Source of the DNA: Octopus vulgaris
Lineage: Eukaryota
Length of the DNA: 64,000 bases
Reading direction: 5' to 3'
NCBI GenBank assembly: GCA_951406725.2
Contig: OX597821.1
Span: 82,522,001 to 82,586,000 of the forward strand
The translations under genes and the position numbers were made by a program. The notes under the pieces are model-generated. The model did no database searches, had not been told where the DNA came from, and worked only from the letters and a program-made list of their open reading frames with translations. This document shows positions 40,131 to 53,674 of the stretch, piece after piece (the stretch's first letter is position 1; each line of letters opens with the position of its first letter).

Positions 40131-40901
40131 ATGCCAATAAAGACATTTAGTTTACCCCTTTAGCATTGAAACCAACCATATCTAGTCAAAATATTCTGTT
40201 TTATATTCAGCCTCTTAAATCAACCCTACTATGTTATTCTAAAAATTAAGTTACTTCATCAAAACCTCAAAGCTAAAATGTGAATAAATAAGCATTACAT
40301 TTGAGAGAATTATGTGATGCTAAAGGGATGAATGTTTAAAACAGATTCAAGGAAACTGACAAATGGAGTTCTAAATTCCATCTCACATCACATTCTAATA
40401 TCTTAAAATAATGAACATACTGGAAAATATATCTCTTGGTCAGCCTGTAAACAAAAATTGGAATGGTCACAGCTGGAATATTTTATTGACAGATCTACTT
40501 GATTAGGGTACACTAATGCTAAACAACTCTTTCATCCATTTTTCAATAGGTCTTTCAGCTATGAACATTGTATTTTTTCTTTTTTCTTTTCATGAGACTT
40601 TAAAAAACTATTTTCATCATAAAATTTGTAAATATATTTCCTCCTTTTTTTAAAAATGAAAGCAAGTTAAACAAATAGCTCTAAACAAGAAAGAAGGAAT
40701 TTAACAGTTTCTCGAAGATCTAAGCAATGACATTCAACAGAAAAGATTTATAATTCCTGAAGGTTCAAACATGCAACCAACATTAAAAACATTTTTTTTT
40801 AAATACACAAAAGTGAAATACTCAAAGTAGATAAAGTTTATAAATAATAGCATGTAGAATACTAGATTAAAACAAAACCCTTATACAGAAAAAAAATTGA
40901 A

Positions 40902-40975
40902 GGCTGCTTGTAGGACCTGAACCTATATCTTATGAGTACATAAGTACAAGTGCTACCATTATACCGAAGCAAGCC
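40902..40975 (-). pseudogene. Degenerate tRNA-like sequence
   Basis: GGCTTGCTT...GTATAATGGTAGCAC...TAGG TTCAGGT CCTAC AAGCAGCC followed by a T run; paired ends and A/B-box-like motifs, but an irregular anticodon arm. Confidence 0.45.
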
Positions 40976-43802
40976 TTGGAATTTTCTCTATTCATTTTAG
41001 AAACTTCATTCATACCAGTGAGAATTGTATGTTGTTTACATTATAAGAATTTTAGATTTTTTTTTTTTAGAAACTTCAAGAGAAATGAAACAAATCATTT
41101 TAATGAGAGAAGATAAAACTATTAATAGTAGTTTATCTACTTTGAGTTCCACTGTTATAGCATTTATATTTTTTATATCTCTTGAAGACAAGTGGATTAG
41201 TGGATAGGGTATTTGACTCATGACCATAAGATTACGAGTTCAATCCCTGGTGGTGCATTGTGTCTTTGAACAAGACTTTATTTCATGATGCTCCGGTCCA
41301 CTCAGCTGGCCAAAATGAGTTGTACCTGTAATTCTAAGGGCCAGCTTTGTCACTGTCACTCTGAATCTCCCTCAGAACTATGTTAAAGGTAAATGTCTGT
41401 GGAGTACTCAGCCACTTGCATGTTAATTTCATGAGCAGGCTGTTCAGTTAATCAGATCAATTGGGACACTCATCCTCATAACAAACAGAGGGCCAGCCAT
41501 ACTGTCATTTCTAAAAATATTCCTTCAAGAAAATGTTATTTGCCAAACTAATTAAAAACAAATAATTTATTCATGCTTGTTCATAATTAAAATACAAAAC
41601 TAATATTTTTGTTGTCCACAAATAGCTTCTAAAAATTTTAGATTTAGGCATCACAATTTTTCTAATTAACAGACTGAATGTCTTTACACACCAGTACATA
41701 TACACTTAAGTACCTTTTTTTTCTTTTTTCTCCCCATTAGTTTGGTCTAAAGGAAGCGGTTGTGCCCATACCCTTTTGCAGGCCCTCCAAAACTGGTGAG
41801 GGTAATGTTATTAATGTTCCACTGTTTCAAGTCAATGAGAGAGAATTCTAGAGGGGTGATATCCTGAAGAGGGAAGGAATAGATACACTGATTAATGTAT
41901 CAGCCTAAGGTTGTGTAGACGAAATGTGAGTGGCAAGAGGAGTTGATAATGGCTGAGTAGCGGCGGCATAAGACCAGCCAGCATTAATGAGCAATGGCTC
42001 TGTAGTCTTACATATCTATGACTCAAAGCCTGAAGGGCGGATGTGATTTGTGCCACCCGGTTGTGAGGTCTTTCTTAGAAAGCAGCTGCATATGTTGTAA
42101 AGTAGCTGATGTTAGAAAAGGTATCCAGCTGTAAAAACCATGGCAAAGTAGACATTGGAGCATGGTGCAGTCCTTGGGGCCATTGGATCTGACCAACTCA
42201 TGCCAACATAGAATATGGACAGCAACCCTTTTGTTACCATGTTTCTGCTGAAATAGACTGCTTTTATTTCTATTAATTTTGAAAATAATGAAGGTAATAA
42301 AACAACTTTGACATTATTAAGCAGGTGTTTGAAACATAAATTAACATAAAATTTTAAAGAAAGGTTTTAATTTAGAGCACTTTAAAACAAAAAGCTTGTA
42401 ACATACAACCAGAGGCAATGTCAGGTGAGTTCAGGTGAGTTGTTAAGAAAAGGATTAAATGATGATGATGATATAGAAACTACAACTTGTTATAGTTGAG
42501 CACAAGTATATTTCTCAAAATCCCAGTTTATACATGTCAACCAGCCAATTCTCCATGGCTAACAGGATGAAAGTTAGTTTACAGGGGTAATTCAAACTGA
42601 GGAAGGATGCAGGGTAAGTTTCACTTCTATAACTAAATGCTGCAAGCTTATATTTGATTGCTTGATCTGCAATAAGAAGCAGCTAAATCTCCCTCAAATT
42701 ACATCTCAAAGAGAAGGAAGAACATATTGAATAGCATCATCTTAGATGCACTAAGTCTGAATAAAAGCAGGTTGGTCATGACAGAAAGACCCTTGATTGT
42801 AGTATCCCTTGATCAGGGTTCCCCTGGAACTAAACAAATTCTAAATGCTACAAATAGGGAACCATTCACAGTGTATTCTCTACCAGCATCTCAGCTCTGT
42901 ATTACTACATCCCTAGGACTCTTGAGTCTCATGAAATTATTACCATTTAATGCTAAAAAGAACACCACAAAATAATCAAAAATTCTTCTTACAATTCACT
43001 GCCCCCCCCCTTCACAAATGCATCTGATAGAAGTCTTGACCATACATCCCATCTGTTTTCTTTACCCACTATTCATGGCAGGGTTGTGGGGAAAGAGTCC
43101 TCAGGCACCTCCTTCAGAGGGTCCTACCAAAAGCAATCATTCCTAAGTGTAACCAACTGAAACCATGGATAATATCCAACCATTTCATTCTTGATTAATA
43201 AAAAATAATTGGAAATTGTGTTCTGTTTATTCTTCTTAAAAAGTGACATCAGATCATACCACTTTCATTTTCAGTACAACAGTAGCACTCCAATCTGGTC
43301 AGAATACTAATGATATAAAACTACCTAAAAACATCTTATCATTGCACAAGAGTGGCACTACCAAGTTATAGGAAATTTAACTATCAAACTCACGCAATTT
43401 GTATGTCTCTCTTGAGGTTTACTAGCATCTTCTCCCAAGCCATTCTCTGTTCCCAACTTCTGGCCATTATCTTGATGTTTGTTCTCTATTGCCGAAATCT
43501 CATTGCCTTCCACCTTCAAATAGATTTTAAAGTTTATATGAGTGAGATACTTAGAGATATGTACAGAGAATGAGGTACACAAAAGACTATGGCATAAAAT
43601 AAAGAAAATGGGACTGTATTTGGATGGAAAAACCTAAGGTCAGTAGCTTTCAGCAAATTGCTTTCGACAATATCAGACAAATGTTTATTTTTCTTTTATT
43701 CATAATTTTTCATTACATTCAAAAATGTCAAACTTTTATCAGCAAATACTCATACAAAGGACATCAAAAATTATCATTATTGTTGTTGTTATTATTATTA
43801 TT

Positions 43803-44790
43803 AAGAATGTGGTGGGCTGGCATAATTGTCAGCATGCTGGACAAAGCGCTTAGTAACATTTCATCCATCTTTACATTCTGAACTCAAGTGCTGTCACAGT
43901 TGACTTTGCCTTTTGTCCTTTCAGGGTCAATAAAATAAAGTACCAGTCAAGTACCAGAGTCGATGTAATCAACTCTGGCCCAAAATTTCAGGCCTTGTGG
44001 CTTTAGTAGAAAGGATTATTATTATCATTATTAAGGCAGTGAGCTGTTAGAATCATTAGTGCTTAGTGGCATTTCTAGCACTCAGCTAAAATTTCACTAA
44101 GGTCAACTTGTTTTTATCCTTTCAGAGTTAATAAAATAAATAAAAGTTGAGCACCCCTGAAACTGCTGGCCTTGTGCCTAATTTTGAAATCATTACTATT
44201 ATTGTTGTTGTTGTTGTTATTAAAGCTGTTAGCAGGCAGAACCATTAGCACACCAAATGAAATACTTAGTAGCAATTGTTCTGACTTTATGTTCTAAGTT
44301 CCAATTCTACCAAGGTCAGCTTTGTCTTTCATCCTTTGAGGATCATTGAAATAGAAACCAGTTGAGCACTAGGGTCTGTGTAATTCACTAGCCTGTTCTC
44401 ACAAAATTGACTAAAGACGAAAGGATTATTATTATTATTATTATTATTATTAAGGCAGAATCATTAGCACAGACAAAATACTTAATGGCATTTCTTCCAA
44501 ATCTTTACGTTTCGAGTTCAAGTGCTGTCAAGGTCAACTTTACCTTTCATCCTTTCAGAGTCGATAAAGTACTAGTTAAGCCCTAAGGTTGATGTAACTG
44601 ACTATTTCCGCCCCACAAAATTTCAGCCCTTGTGCCAACAGTAAAAAGGATTATTATTATCATTATTTGTTCAGCTCTCCTCGTCCTGAATTCAAATCCC
44701 ACAGTTAACCCTGCTTTTCCTCTTTTGATTAATTCAATTGACCCCTTTCTCCAAAATTTCATACCTTGTACCTGTATTACAAACGATTAA
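43803..44790 (+). repeat. Head-to-tail array of family-B SINEs linked by (ATT)n
   Basis: Repeated gcagaatcattagcac...gagttcaa...gtcaactttacctttcatcctttc...ccttgtgcc units. Confidence 0.85.
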
Positions 44791-46022
44791 TTTTATAACT
44801 GTCATTGATAAGGTATTCACAAAGAACAGCTGTGTAAGTGTTCAATTTACATAAATAACAAAATGCTGAAATGATAAATGATGTTTGCGTAGAACAAAAT
44901 TTGAAGTTGTGGTATTCATTCCTTTCCTAAAAACAAAATGCTTTACATTCATTTTTTCCTACTCAATATTAAAACTGTAGTACAGTGATGGTAGTAATAG
45001 TGGCATTACTAGTAGTAAGTGTGGTAGTACTGTTGTCAGTGGTAACCAGCATTAGCGAAAATTGTTAACAAGCTTTACTGTGTTTTAACCCTTTCATTAC
45101 CGTATTTATTTCGAGATGCTCTGTGTTTCTTTCAATTAATTTCAAATATAACAAAGAATTCAGTAAAATAACTTAGTTATCATTAAGCTAGTGTTAGGAA
45201 CATAAATTGTGACTAAGGTTTGGTGGAAGATTTTAATTCAGTACTCAATATTAAAACTGTAGTACAGTGATGGTAGGGTGGCTGCAGCCGGGTTGGTATT
45301 GAAAGGGTTAATGTTGTGTTACCTTTTCTGCACAGGCTTTATTTTACTGTGAACACCTTCAATCAGTGCCAGGAATTTTGATAGCTATATATGTGCATAT
45401 GACTGGCAAGTGGGATGGTGTGTGTGTGTTGTAGAAAGGGTCACAACAGCAAACCAGGCTGACTGGACTATGTTAGTACAATGATATTTGAATGTAAACA
45501 TTTGGTGAGATGAATATGTTTATGTGATGTTGGCCAGGAACAAACAAGTTCAGAAATAACATGTGCAAGAATAACAACAGGCAAAAGAGAAATTGCAATG
45601 GCCAGTGTGATGGCCAATCAGGAATTGGATGCAGAGTGTAACAGTGCAATTAAGTATCACAAGGTGAGGTTGCAATGTGGAATTCAAGAGTGGGTCAGGG
45701 AGCCAGGTTCTTCAAAGCTTCCTGAATTAAGAGTGGTTTATTTTCAGCTAAGTAAACTGCAACAAGGGAAAAAGCAAAAACCTTATACATTACACTACTT
45801 CACAGTAAGTGGAGTAGGTTATTGGTTGGGAGAACATCTAGGAGTTTAAATATTTGCAACTAAAATTTGAGACAATAAAAGCCAAAAATATATATATATA
45901 CAAGTACGCAAGAAGTACAATACAAAATTCAGACAAAACTCTGTAATTAAATTTAGTTTTGTGGGTAGGTTTCCTAAATGTTTGATGGATTATAAACACA
46001 AGTTTAGGTTAAATATATATGC

Positions 46023-46059
<37 letters not shown>

Positions 46060-47575
46060 AACGAATTTTTTTTTAAATATGGGAAAGGGCATATAGTTTA
46101 GAAGACAGAAAATTTAGTATAAGAGTGTGAATATGTACATGTGTATGCACATGAGTGATTGCCTTTGTGTGATAACTATACACAATGTGTATATGAACAA
46201 GGGAATAAAGCTGTGTGTGTGTGTGTAAACATTAAACATGATTAAATATGTTTAGCAAGCTGAAGTCTGGAGCATATATCAACATTAACACTGATTAGTT
46301 TATTTTGGTGTGATTAATCAAAGATGAAACACACAAAGTCACAGACAGATCATGTTTTTGTTATCTTTACGTCCCCCACCTCCACACCAACCTTTCTAAT
46401 TTAGACATATTACTTATCATCATACAACGAACGTACAAAAACCACCACCACTATCACCATGCCAATCTTGACTCCTTCCACTGTACATATTAAGAAAACA
46501 TTAGCATTCATCATACCCCACCCGTTAAACACAAACAGCATGCAATTAAAACCCTTGCAATTACTTCAACTGCTATCATTTAAGTTCTTTTTCTGGTGAA
46601 AGTACATTTTTAACAAAGTAAAAATTGTAAACCTAAGCATCCATTGACTTGCAATGGTTTAAGAGATTTGTTTATGAGACAATCAATCTCACTTATCTTG
46701 GAGGGTCTGCAAAGACCAGGTGAACTGGCCTTTCTTCCAGATTAAGAAAAAAGAGAAAAAAAGTCCTGTGAATTCATACAATCTAGGATGTAGATGGAGT
46801 ATGCAGGTATCTGAAGATATGTCAAGGAGTGACAACGCTGCATAGTAATGGGCTGCCCTCTGGCAAGTCATAGCACCTGTATATAGTAAAGTCATTGGAC
46901 TGCAGCCTGACTGAAGAGGTAGCAGAAGAGCTCAACTGAGTCAACGGTGCTTCTTGCATTGATGCTGAGTGAAAGAATTCTAGAAGATCAAGGGTCAGGG
47001 TCACCAGGCTCTACCAAGAGAGTAACTGCAACACATCCACAGGGATGGATTGGTCCATGGTTGAATAATCAGCATGACTAAAGTTCCCAATTCAAATTCA
47101 TCATAATGGAATTGGATGGCGACAGAGAGTCATGGGAATACAATGAAGCAGCAAAAAAAAAAAAAAAAAAAAAAGAACGTAGATACAAGTCCAACTGCCA
47201 CTGCATCACCTGTTGTGCATTTGGATTCTATTGTTTCAGTCTAGACTTAAACTCTGCTACTTTTGGTCTACACAGGGAAATGGTTCCTATTTCCATTCCA
47301 TATGATGCACATGCAAAAAACATTTGCTCCAACAAGAACAAACAAATTCACAACAATAACCATCCATTAATATTGAACAGATGTAAAATACAAACATTAA
47401 ATGAAAACATTCAAGAAAATTCTACATCAATTCATCATCACCAACAGCAATATTAATAACAGTCTTCTAGCAACTGTTTTCCAAGTGGGCATCAGTTGAA
47501 TAAATTACAATACCCATCTTTCATATATATCATGTGCATGCAATACATACACAAGTGTGTATTGGTGCAGGCTGG

Positions 47576-47615
<40 letters not shown>

Positions 47616-47617
<2 letters not shown>

Positions 47618-47822
47618 CGGGAAAGTTTACAAAAATAAACAAAAGACGAAGGCAGGTGAAGTACAAACAAACAAATGTATTAGTATGGCGCTCAGGAATA
47701 GAAATAGAACAAGTCTTTTACGTTTTGAGCCTACGCTCTTCGACAGAAAGATACATAGAAAAAAACAAGGAGAGAAACAAGGAGAGAAAAAAATGCGTGT
47801 AGGAGCTAACGATCTATCATGA
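47616..47822 (-). mobile_element. Penelope-pLTR-like fragment with a variant minimal hammerhead
   Basis: Minus strand reads tcttt CTGTCGA a GAGC gtag GCTC AAAAC GTA aaaga (about 47751-47714); homologous to 6952-7185; sits in (TA)n. Confidence 0.6.
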
Positions 47823-49900
47823 TATATATATGTATGTATGTATTACTTTTTTTGGGAGAAATCCAGGAATCTATTCATCTGCAAGAACTGAATGTAGGCA
47901 TGTCAGCTTTTTCTAGAAATATACATGCTATATTTGTTCTACAAGCCCAAACCACGTTATTTGATTTTCCTGAAACTAACACCAATCTGCATCTGGTATT
48001 TGTGTTAAGCACCGTCACACATGTCATCAGTGGTCATTTTCCAGTTCTTCACCAACAAATGGTGAATGTAGCTTTTTTTTTTCTTCTTCTTGCAGCTGCC
48101 TAGATTGAGGACAGTTAGAATAACCATCAGTGCCATTGAAGATACCGACAGAATGGTGAGCAGCAGTTAATGGGAATCCAAATTCAGCAACCGTGGCTCA
48201 AAAGTTACTTTCCACATAGTCGGACAATTCTCAATTGCATCTCTGTGTCTTTTGTGTGTGTTTTCCAGTCACAAGAGATCATAGGATAATATAATCAAAT
48301 ACTCATTACTCGCCTTATTTATCTTCTTTGATCAAGTGGCATTCACTTTTGTGGATTATTCATATCATCAATAAATATATGTTAATTAAAAATTATCACG
48401 CTTAAACTTTCATCATTTAGAAGACTAAAAACTTATTTTATTGATACATTACTAGTGAATAACTAGTGAATAAAGAAATGGAAATATTTAGTATCATCAG
48501 TATACTCTTTTCTTTAAACTAAATGAAACGACTACACATACACAGAATCAGTACAGTTACTGCTTAAAAACCATAAACAAGAATATTTTTTAATATAAAC
48601 AATTCACTATCAAAACATCTTTAATATACAAAAGAGTATTCAGTAATTTTCAATATATTTCTTACACACAGAATTCTGCAACATGTTTGACAGGAATGTA
48701 AACTATGTAATTAAAAAAGTTTAATTTTGAATTATGTATGAAAAATGATTTAACAAACAATACATTAACTCTGGAATTAGCTTCTGCTTAAGTTTCTTAC
48801 TCTTTCAAGAATATATTTTTAATGAAATACACTACCTAAATATATCAATTTAATTTTGAAAATATGTGAAATAATTTGAAGAGGGTTTAGTAAAATAACT
48901 AGTTTTACTATTAAGGTGATGTTTGGAACATAGCAAAAGGATTGTGTCATAAAATCAGATTTGGTCTGAGGCAGGTTGGCATCAAATGGGTTAAGCACTT
49001 TTTCAGCTTCAGTTTTTTTGAACAACAATATAAAAAAACAATTGTATAAGCCAATTAGCAACAAACAGATACAGGTGGATGAAATTAGTAAAAATGTAAG
49101 ATATAAACACAACAAAGGAATTTTAGTAAGGTTCCATTTGTATTTTTTCATGTCACCCATAATAGAATTTGAAATAAAATTAACAATTCCAGATGCAAGA
49201 CTGAATTTTAAGGCTCAACTGCACAGTATCTGCATTGCATTACTTAGAAATTTATTGCGTTAGGTGAATGTATTCCTTTAAAAAACAATTCCTCATCACT
49301 TATTAACGTACTAAGAGAGTGACTCAGTTACATAATATGGGGACAGGAAAAGGAGTGCAAATACAATAGATTATAAAGGGTTATTGTCTTTAACCTTTTC
49401 ATTTCCATTATAATACAAACTTTGAAAGGGTTTAGTAAACTAAATGAAGTAGAGAGAGAGACAAAGAGAGTAAGACAAAATGAAAAGGGGCTGTCAACTG
49501 ATGCAACTGTTCCCTCTGCAAAGACCCTGCATCAGAGAAACAAAACTGCTGCTTGCTAGAGATGAACACTGCAACAGGTGACACGCTCTCACACTTCCTG
49601 CTTGATGTTATTTAACTGGACACTCTCACTTCTGATTAGAAAATTTTGCATGCAGGCACAGACCCCGACCCACACATGGAGAAACACATACATACATGCA
49701 CAACACTACATATACAAATAAATATGCTTCCATGCACCCACACACATCATGCTGGAACACAACAAAAAAAAAAAAAGGGAAGAAAGAGAAAAGACCGACA
49801 ACATAGACACACAAAGTAAACCCACCACCACTTCCATGTGAAAGAAGAAAAGGGATGTGAAAAGAGGGTTGAAAGGATTGATTTAAAGTGTAATTCTTAC

Positions 49901-49939
49901 CAATTTTGACACTGACATATTTGACATTGTTAAATATAT
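49901..49939 (-). CDS. RAR: Probable 39-nt micro-exon of RAR (IYLTMSNMSVSKL, H1-H3 linker)
   Basis: Strong acceptor tttttgttttccag and donor gtaaga; phase 0/0 matching both neighbours; no stop; restores the H1-H3 linker to RAR-like length. Confidence 0.6.
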
Positions 49940-50702
49940 CTGGAAAACAAAAATAAGGTCGTGTTTCATTATTAAATGTAGTTCATTGGGAACTGAACCA
50001 AGATACACACTCACATTATGTGTGGTAGACATAGATGAGAGAGGTAAATTTAGGATCAGTCAACTGGGGATCAAACGCCCACCACAGACTTTTGAATCCA
50101 TAAAGGAAACATCGATGAAATGTATACACACACTGCCAGGAAATTAACTATATTTCACAAGCATACAAGTCACACAATTTATATAGATGGATAATAAATT
50201 TTCACACTTAACTTAGTTACCAAAAATTAAGCTCCCTCTCTCTCTCATACATACTTTCTATGCAGGATCATGCAAGTGAGATTTCAGACAGTGCCAATTT
50301 GATGCAGGATCAAAAATATCGAAAAGGTTTATTAACATACACAAGATCTTGATGATTGTTCTTTGGTCCTTTAACAACTTTTAGGAGAGTTACAATGGCA
50401 GAAAGCAGTGCTTGAGAAACAATTAAGGAAAGCTAAGAGTTAAACATTTTTTAATTCCATCTGGCTAAAGAAAATGGATATCATACTGTAATTAAAAAGC
50501 CAACTTTGTTGAGTGGTTGGTGTCAGGAAGGGCATCCAGCTGTAAAAATCCTGCCAAAACAGTCGCAGAAGTTTGGTGCAGGCTCTTGTCAAACCGTCCC
50601 ACCCATGCTAGCATGGAAGGCAGATGTTAAACAATGATGATGATGAGGAGGATGATTACAATCTTGTTACCCTCACTAAAATGTGTCTTTGACAAAGACA
50701 TA

Positions 50703-51556
50703 TGTGGTCTGATTCATAAGTATCCGGATTGCTGCCATAGTAACGAAGCTGCTTGGCACAGATTGACCTTAAACTCTGCTGTGCATGAGCACTGAGTTTT
50801 AATGTTCTAGCTCACTTCTGCTGTTTACAGCAGTGCTAGGAAAGAAGGTGTGTAGCATGTGACTATTGCATTAACCATGACAGAGTAAGTCAAGCAAAGA
50901 ATCTGCATCAAATTGTGCCAAAAGCTTGGCGATACCTGCTCAGAGGCCTGTGCAAAGTTTTCAAATATTTTCATCATTCTTGACACAATCAGGGAGATCT
51001 TATGCAACTGAAACTCAAGTGTCTTTTTGGTCAGCTGAAAGCAGTATTGGCACAAACTTGGCAGACACACATCTCCTACCCAAATCTTCAGTGATAATGG
51101 ACTGAACTGATCTCTAACTTACCTACATATCCTCTGATAACTCATGGATGGTGATTCGACTGTTTCCCCTCACAGATGCACACACAACTGTGATGTTTTT
51201 CTCAGTTCTGTTGGTTGTGGGTCTCTCAGAATGTTTGCCAATATCAACATTTTTTGGCCATCTTGGAAATGAGTGAACTTGTGTGCGGCTCATTCACTCC
51301 TCTCCATACACTTTCTGCCAGTTTGCATAGGCCTCTGAGCAGGTGTCACCAAGACAACTTTCTCTGCCATGGTCAATGTGACAATCACACCTTCCTTCCA
51401 AGCACTGATGTAGACAGTGGAAGTGGGTTAGAATGTTAAAACTTAATGTGCATGCACAGCAGAGTTCAAGGTCAATCTTTGCCAAATGGTTTCACTCTGC
51501 AATACTTTAGCTTCGTTACTATGGCAAAAGTCCGGATACTTATTGATCAGACTTCA
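50703..51556 (-). mobile_element. Second copy of the long-arm mariner-derived element
   Basis: TA-tgtggtctgattcataagtatccgga...tccggatacttattgatcagacttca-TA; internal region is the reverse complement of 8330-8700. Confidence 0.88.
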
Positions 51557-52631
51557 TATGTGAAGCTGTAAATAGGCACTATGATAGACATGCTACGGAC
51601 ACTTTATAATGGTTGTGTGCTTTGATGACTGCTGAATTAAAATCTCTCCACAAGTTTCCATCTTCAAGGGAGATGAGCTAAGCAAGGTTAACTTATCCAT
51701 TAATCTTCAGATCTTCTTCCTCTAAACCAATGTAATATTTCCTCTACTTCTTTGAACATGAGCAGCACAATGGCTGGATATATTTCCATGGAAGATCACA
51801 TTTGTTTACAATTTCAAAACAAAAAGCAATTTTCACACACACACACTCGGTTTCTTTTTTGTAGTCTCATGGCCTTAAGGAGATGATTTCTCTAGAAAGC
51901 ATAAAGTCTAATGCAAAATTTAATCTCAGATGAACCTGGAAACCTGCTTTCCAAAGCAAAAGTAATACCATGTAGAATTATGTATATTTCCCAATTACAC
52001 AACTATGTGGCTACAAGGGATTTTAGTTAAAACATGCACAACATGTTAGTCAAGTAGCATATACACTCACTCAGTCATTAGGTTTCTACACCTACATATA
52101 CTATTAAGGTCCTGATAAACTCTAATCAAGAAAATCTATGATCAACTCGTTCCAACCATGATTATTCTGCTCATCAAGTATTTAAGGAAAGAATGTTCTG
52201 ATTTAGTCAGAGAAGGAAAGGCATTCCAGAACCTCTGAAATTGTGGAGAGGAAGGAGGAAAAATTATCATCTCACTGGAGATAGATCCCAAATATTTGTA
52301 ATGGAGCAGACCCCCAAAGGACATGCTGTAGAATTAAATTGGATAAAGGATTAAATCTACCATTCAACATTATATCCAGAAAAACATCAGCCAATGTATC
52401 TGTCTTGTTTTTTTATTTTAGACAGTAAGATTAGATTTGATAGAGATTTGGCCACTAATTCTATGTGACCAAGATACTAACCGTCTCTGCAGCCCTGAGT
52501 GAATCTTGCTCATTGGTTTGGATAAAGAATTTTCAGTTCTATCATAAATTTCATTTATCTAAGTTTCCTTTTAAATGTGCTAACAGAGAAGATACTCCTC
52601 TTTCAGGAACTGTGGTCTGAATGTGAGGGTG

Positions 52632-52673
<42 letters not shown>

Positions 52674-52674
<1 letters not shown>

Positions 52675-53169
52675 CATAAATCCTTGAGTATAATACGCAG
52701 GGGATTTTTAGTGGGGTGTACCTCTGAAAAACCTAAACCTCGTGTATAATACGCACCCCTTCTCTAACTTGAGTCAAGGAGGTCTATATAACGTCCTTGG
52801 TTTGTAAAACTGTATACGGTAACGTCCTTTATTATTATTGTATATATAACAAAATGCAAACGTGTAGCTTTTTTGTGCATTTTGTTTGCAGAAAATAAAG
52901 CAATAACAGTAATAACGTTTAATAAAATGTTGCTTACTGCAAGTTATGGATGATCCTTTTATGACTTCATTGCTTTCAGGCTTAGCTTAAGGTTTTTTTA
53001 CGCCCAACATCACAAAATGCATCCGAATAAACATTGCCGGACAGCAAATAGAGACTCAGACATTGCTTATAAAATATTTTTCCTTTTTAACCTCGTATAT
53101 AGTATGCACTAGGGATTTTGACCTTTAAATTTTTCAAAAAAGATGCGGATTATACTCAAGGATTTATGG
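52674..53169. mobile_element. pogo/Tc1-type MITE
   Basis: 21-bp perfect TIR CCATAAATCCTTGAGTATAAT (26 bp with one mismatch), TA target duplication, subterminal repeats tataatacgca. Confidence 0.88.
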
Positions 53170-53616
53170 TACACACATAAGTGCAAATCTTGATTGTATT
53201 ACAAAGTTGGCTTCTCAAACACTTAGTTTTGTGTTCAGTTCCACTGCATAGCACCTTAGGTAAGCATCATCCATTGTGCTCCCGGGCTCACCAACATTTT
53301 GTAAGTGAATTTGATAGAAGGAAACTATATGAAGTTTATTGAATGTGTGTGTGAGAGAGAGAAGAGAGTAAGATTAAGAGTATTGGTATCCTACAGCAAC
53401 ACACAGAAAAATGCTGAGCAACAATAAATGAATTATTCGATAATCAAAAAATCATCATCTGGCTCAGTACTTTTGAATATATGTGAAGAGATCCTTTATT
53501 TCAAAACACAAAGGGTTAGTCAAAGGAAGGGTATCTGACTGTAAAACAAAGCCTCAACAGTGTACACTTGTCTACCCATGCTAGCATATAACAATGGACA
53601 TAAAAAGTAACAAACA

Positions 53617-53674
<58 letters not shown>

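Noticed and set aside
45323-45384. 62-nt candidate RAR exon (LSKFLALIEGVHSKIKPVQK) that would fit an alternative acceptor at 39828
   Set aside because: Acceptor lacks a pyrimidine tract, there is no RAR similarity, and it needs a second non-default acceptor; only RNA-seq could rescue it.
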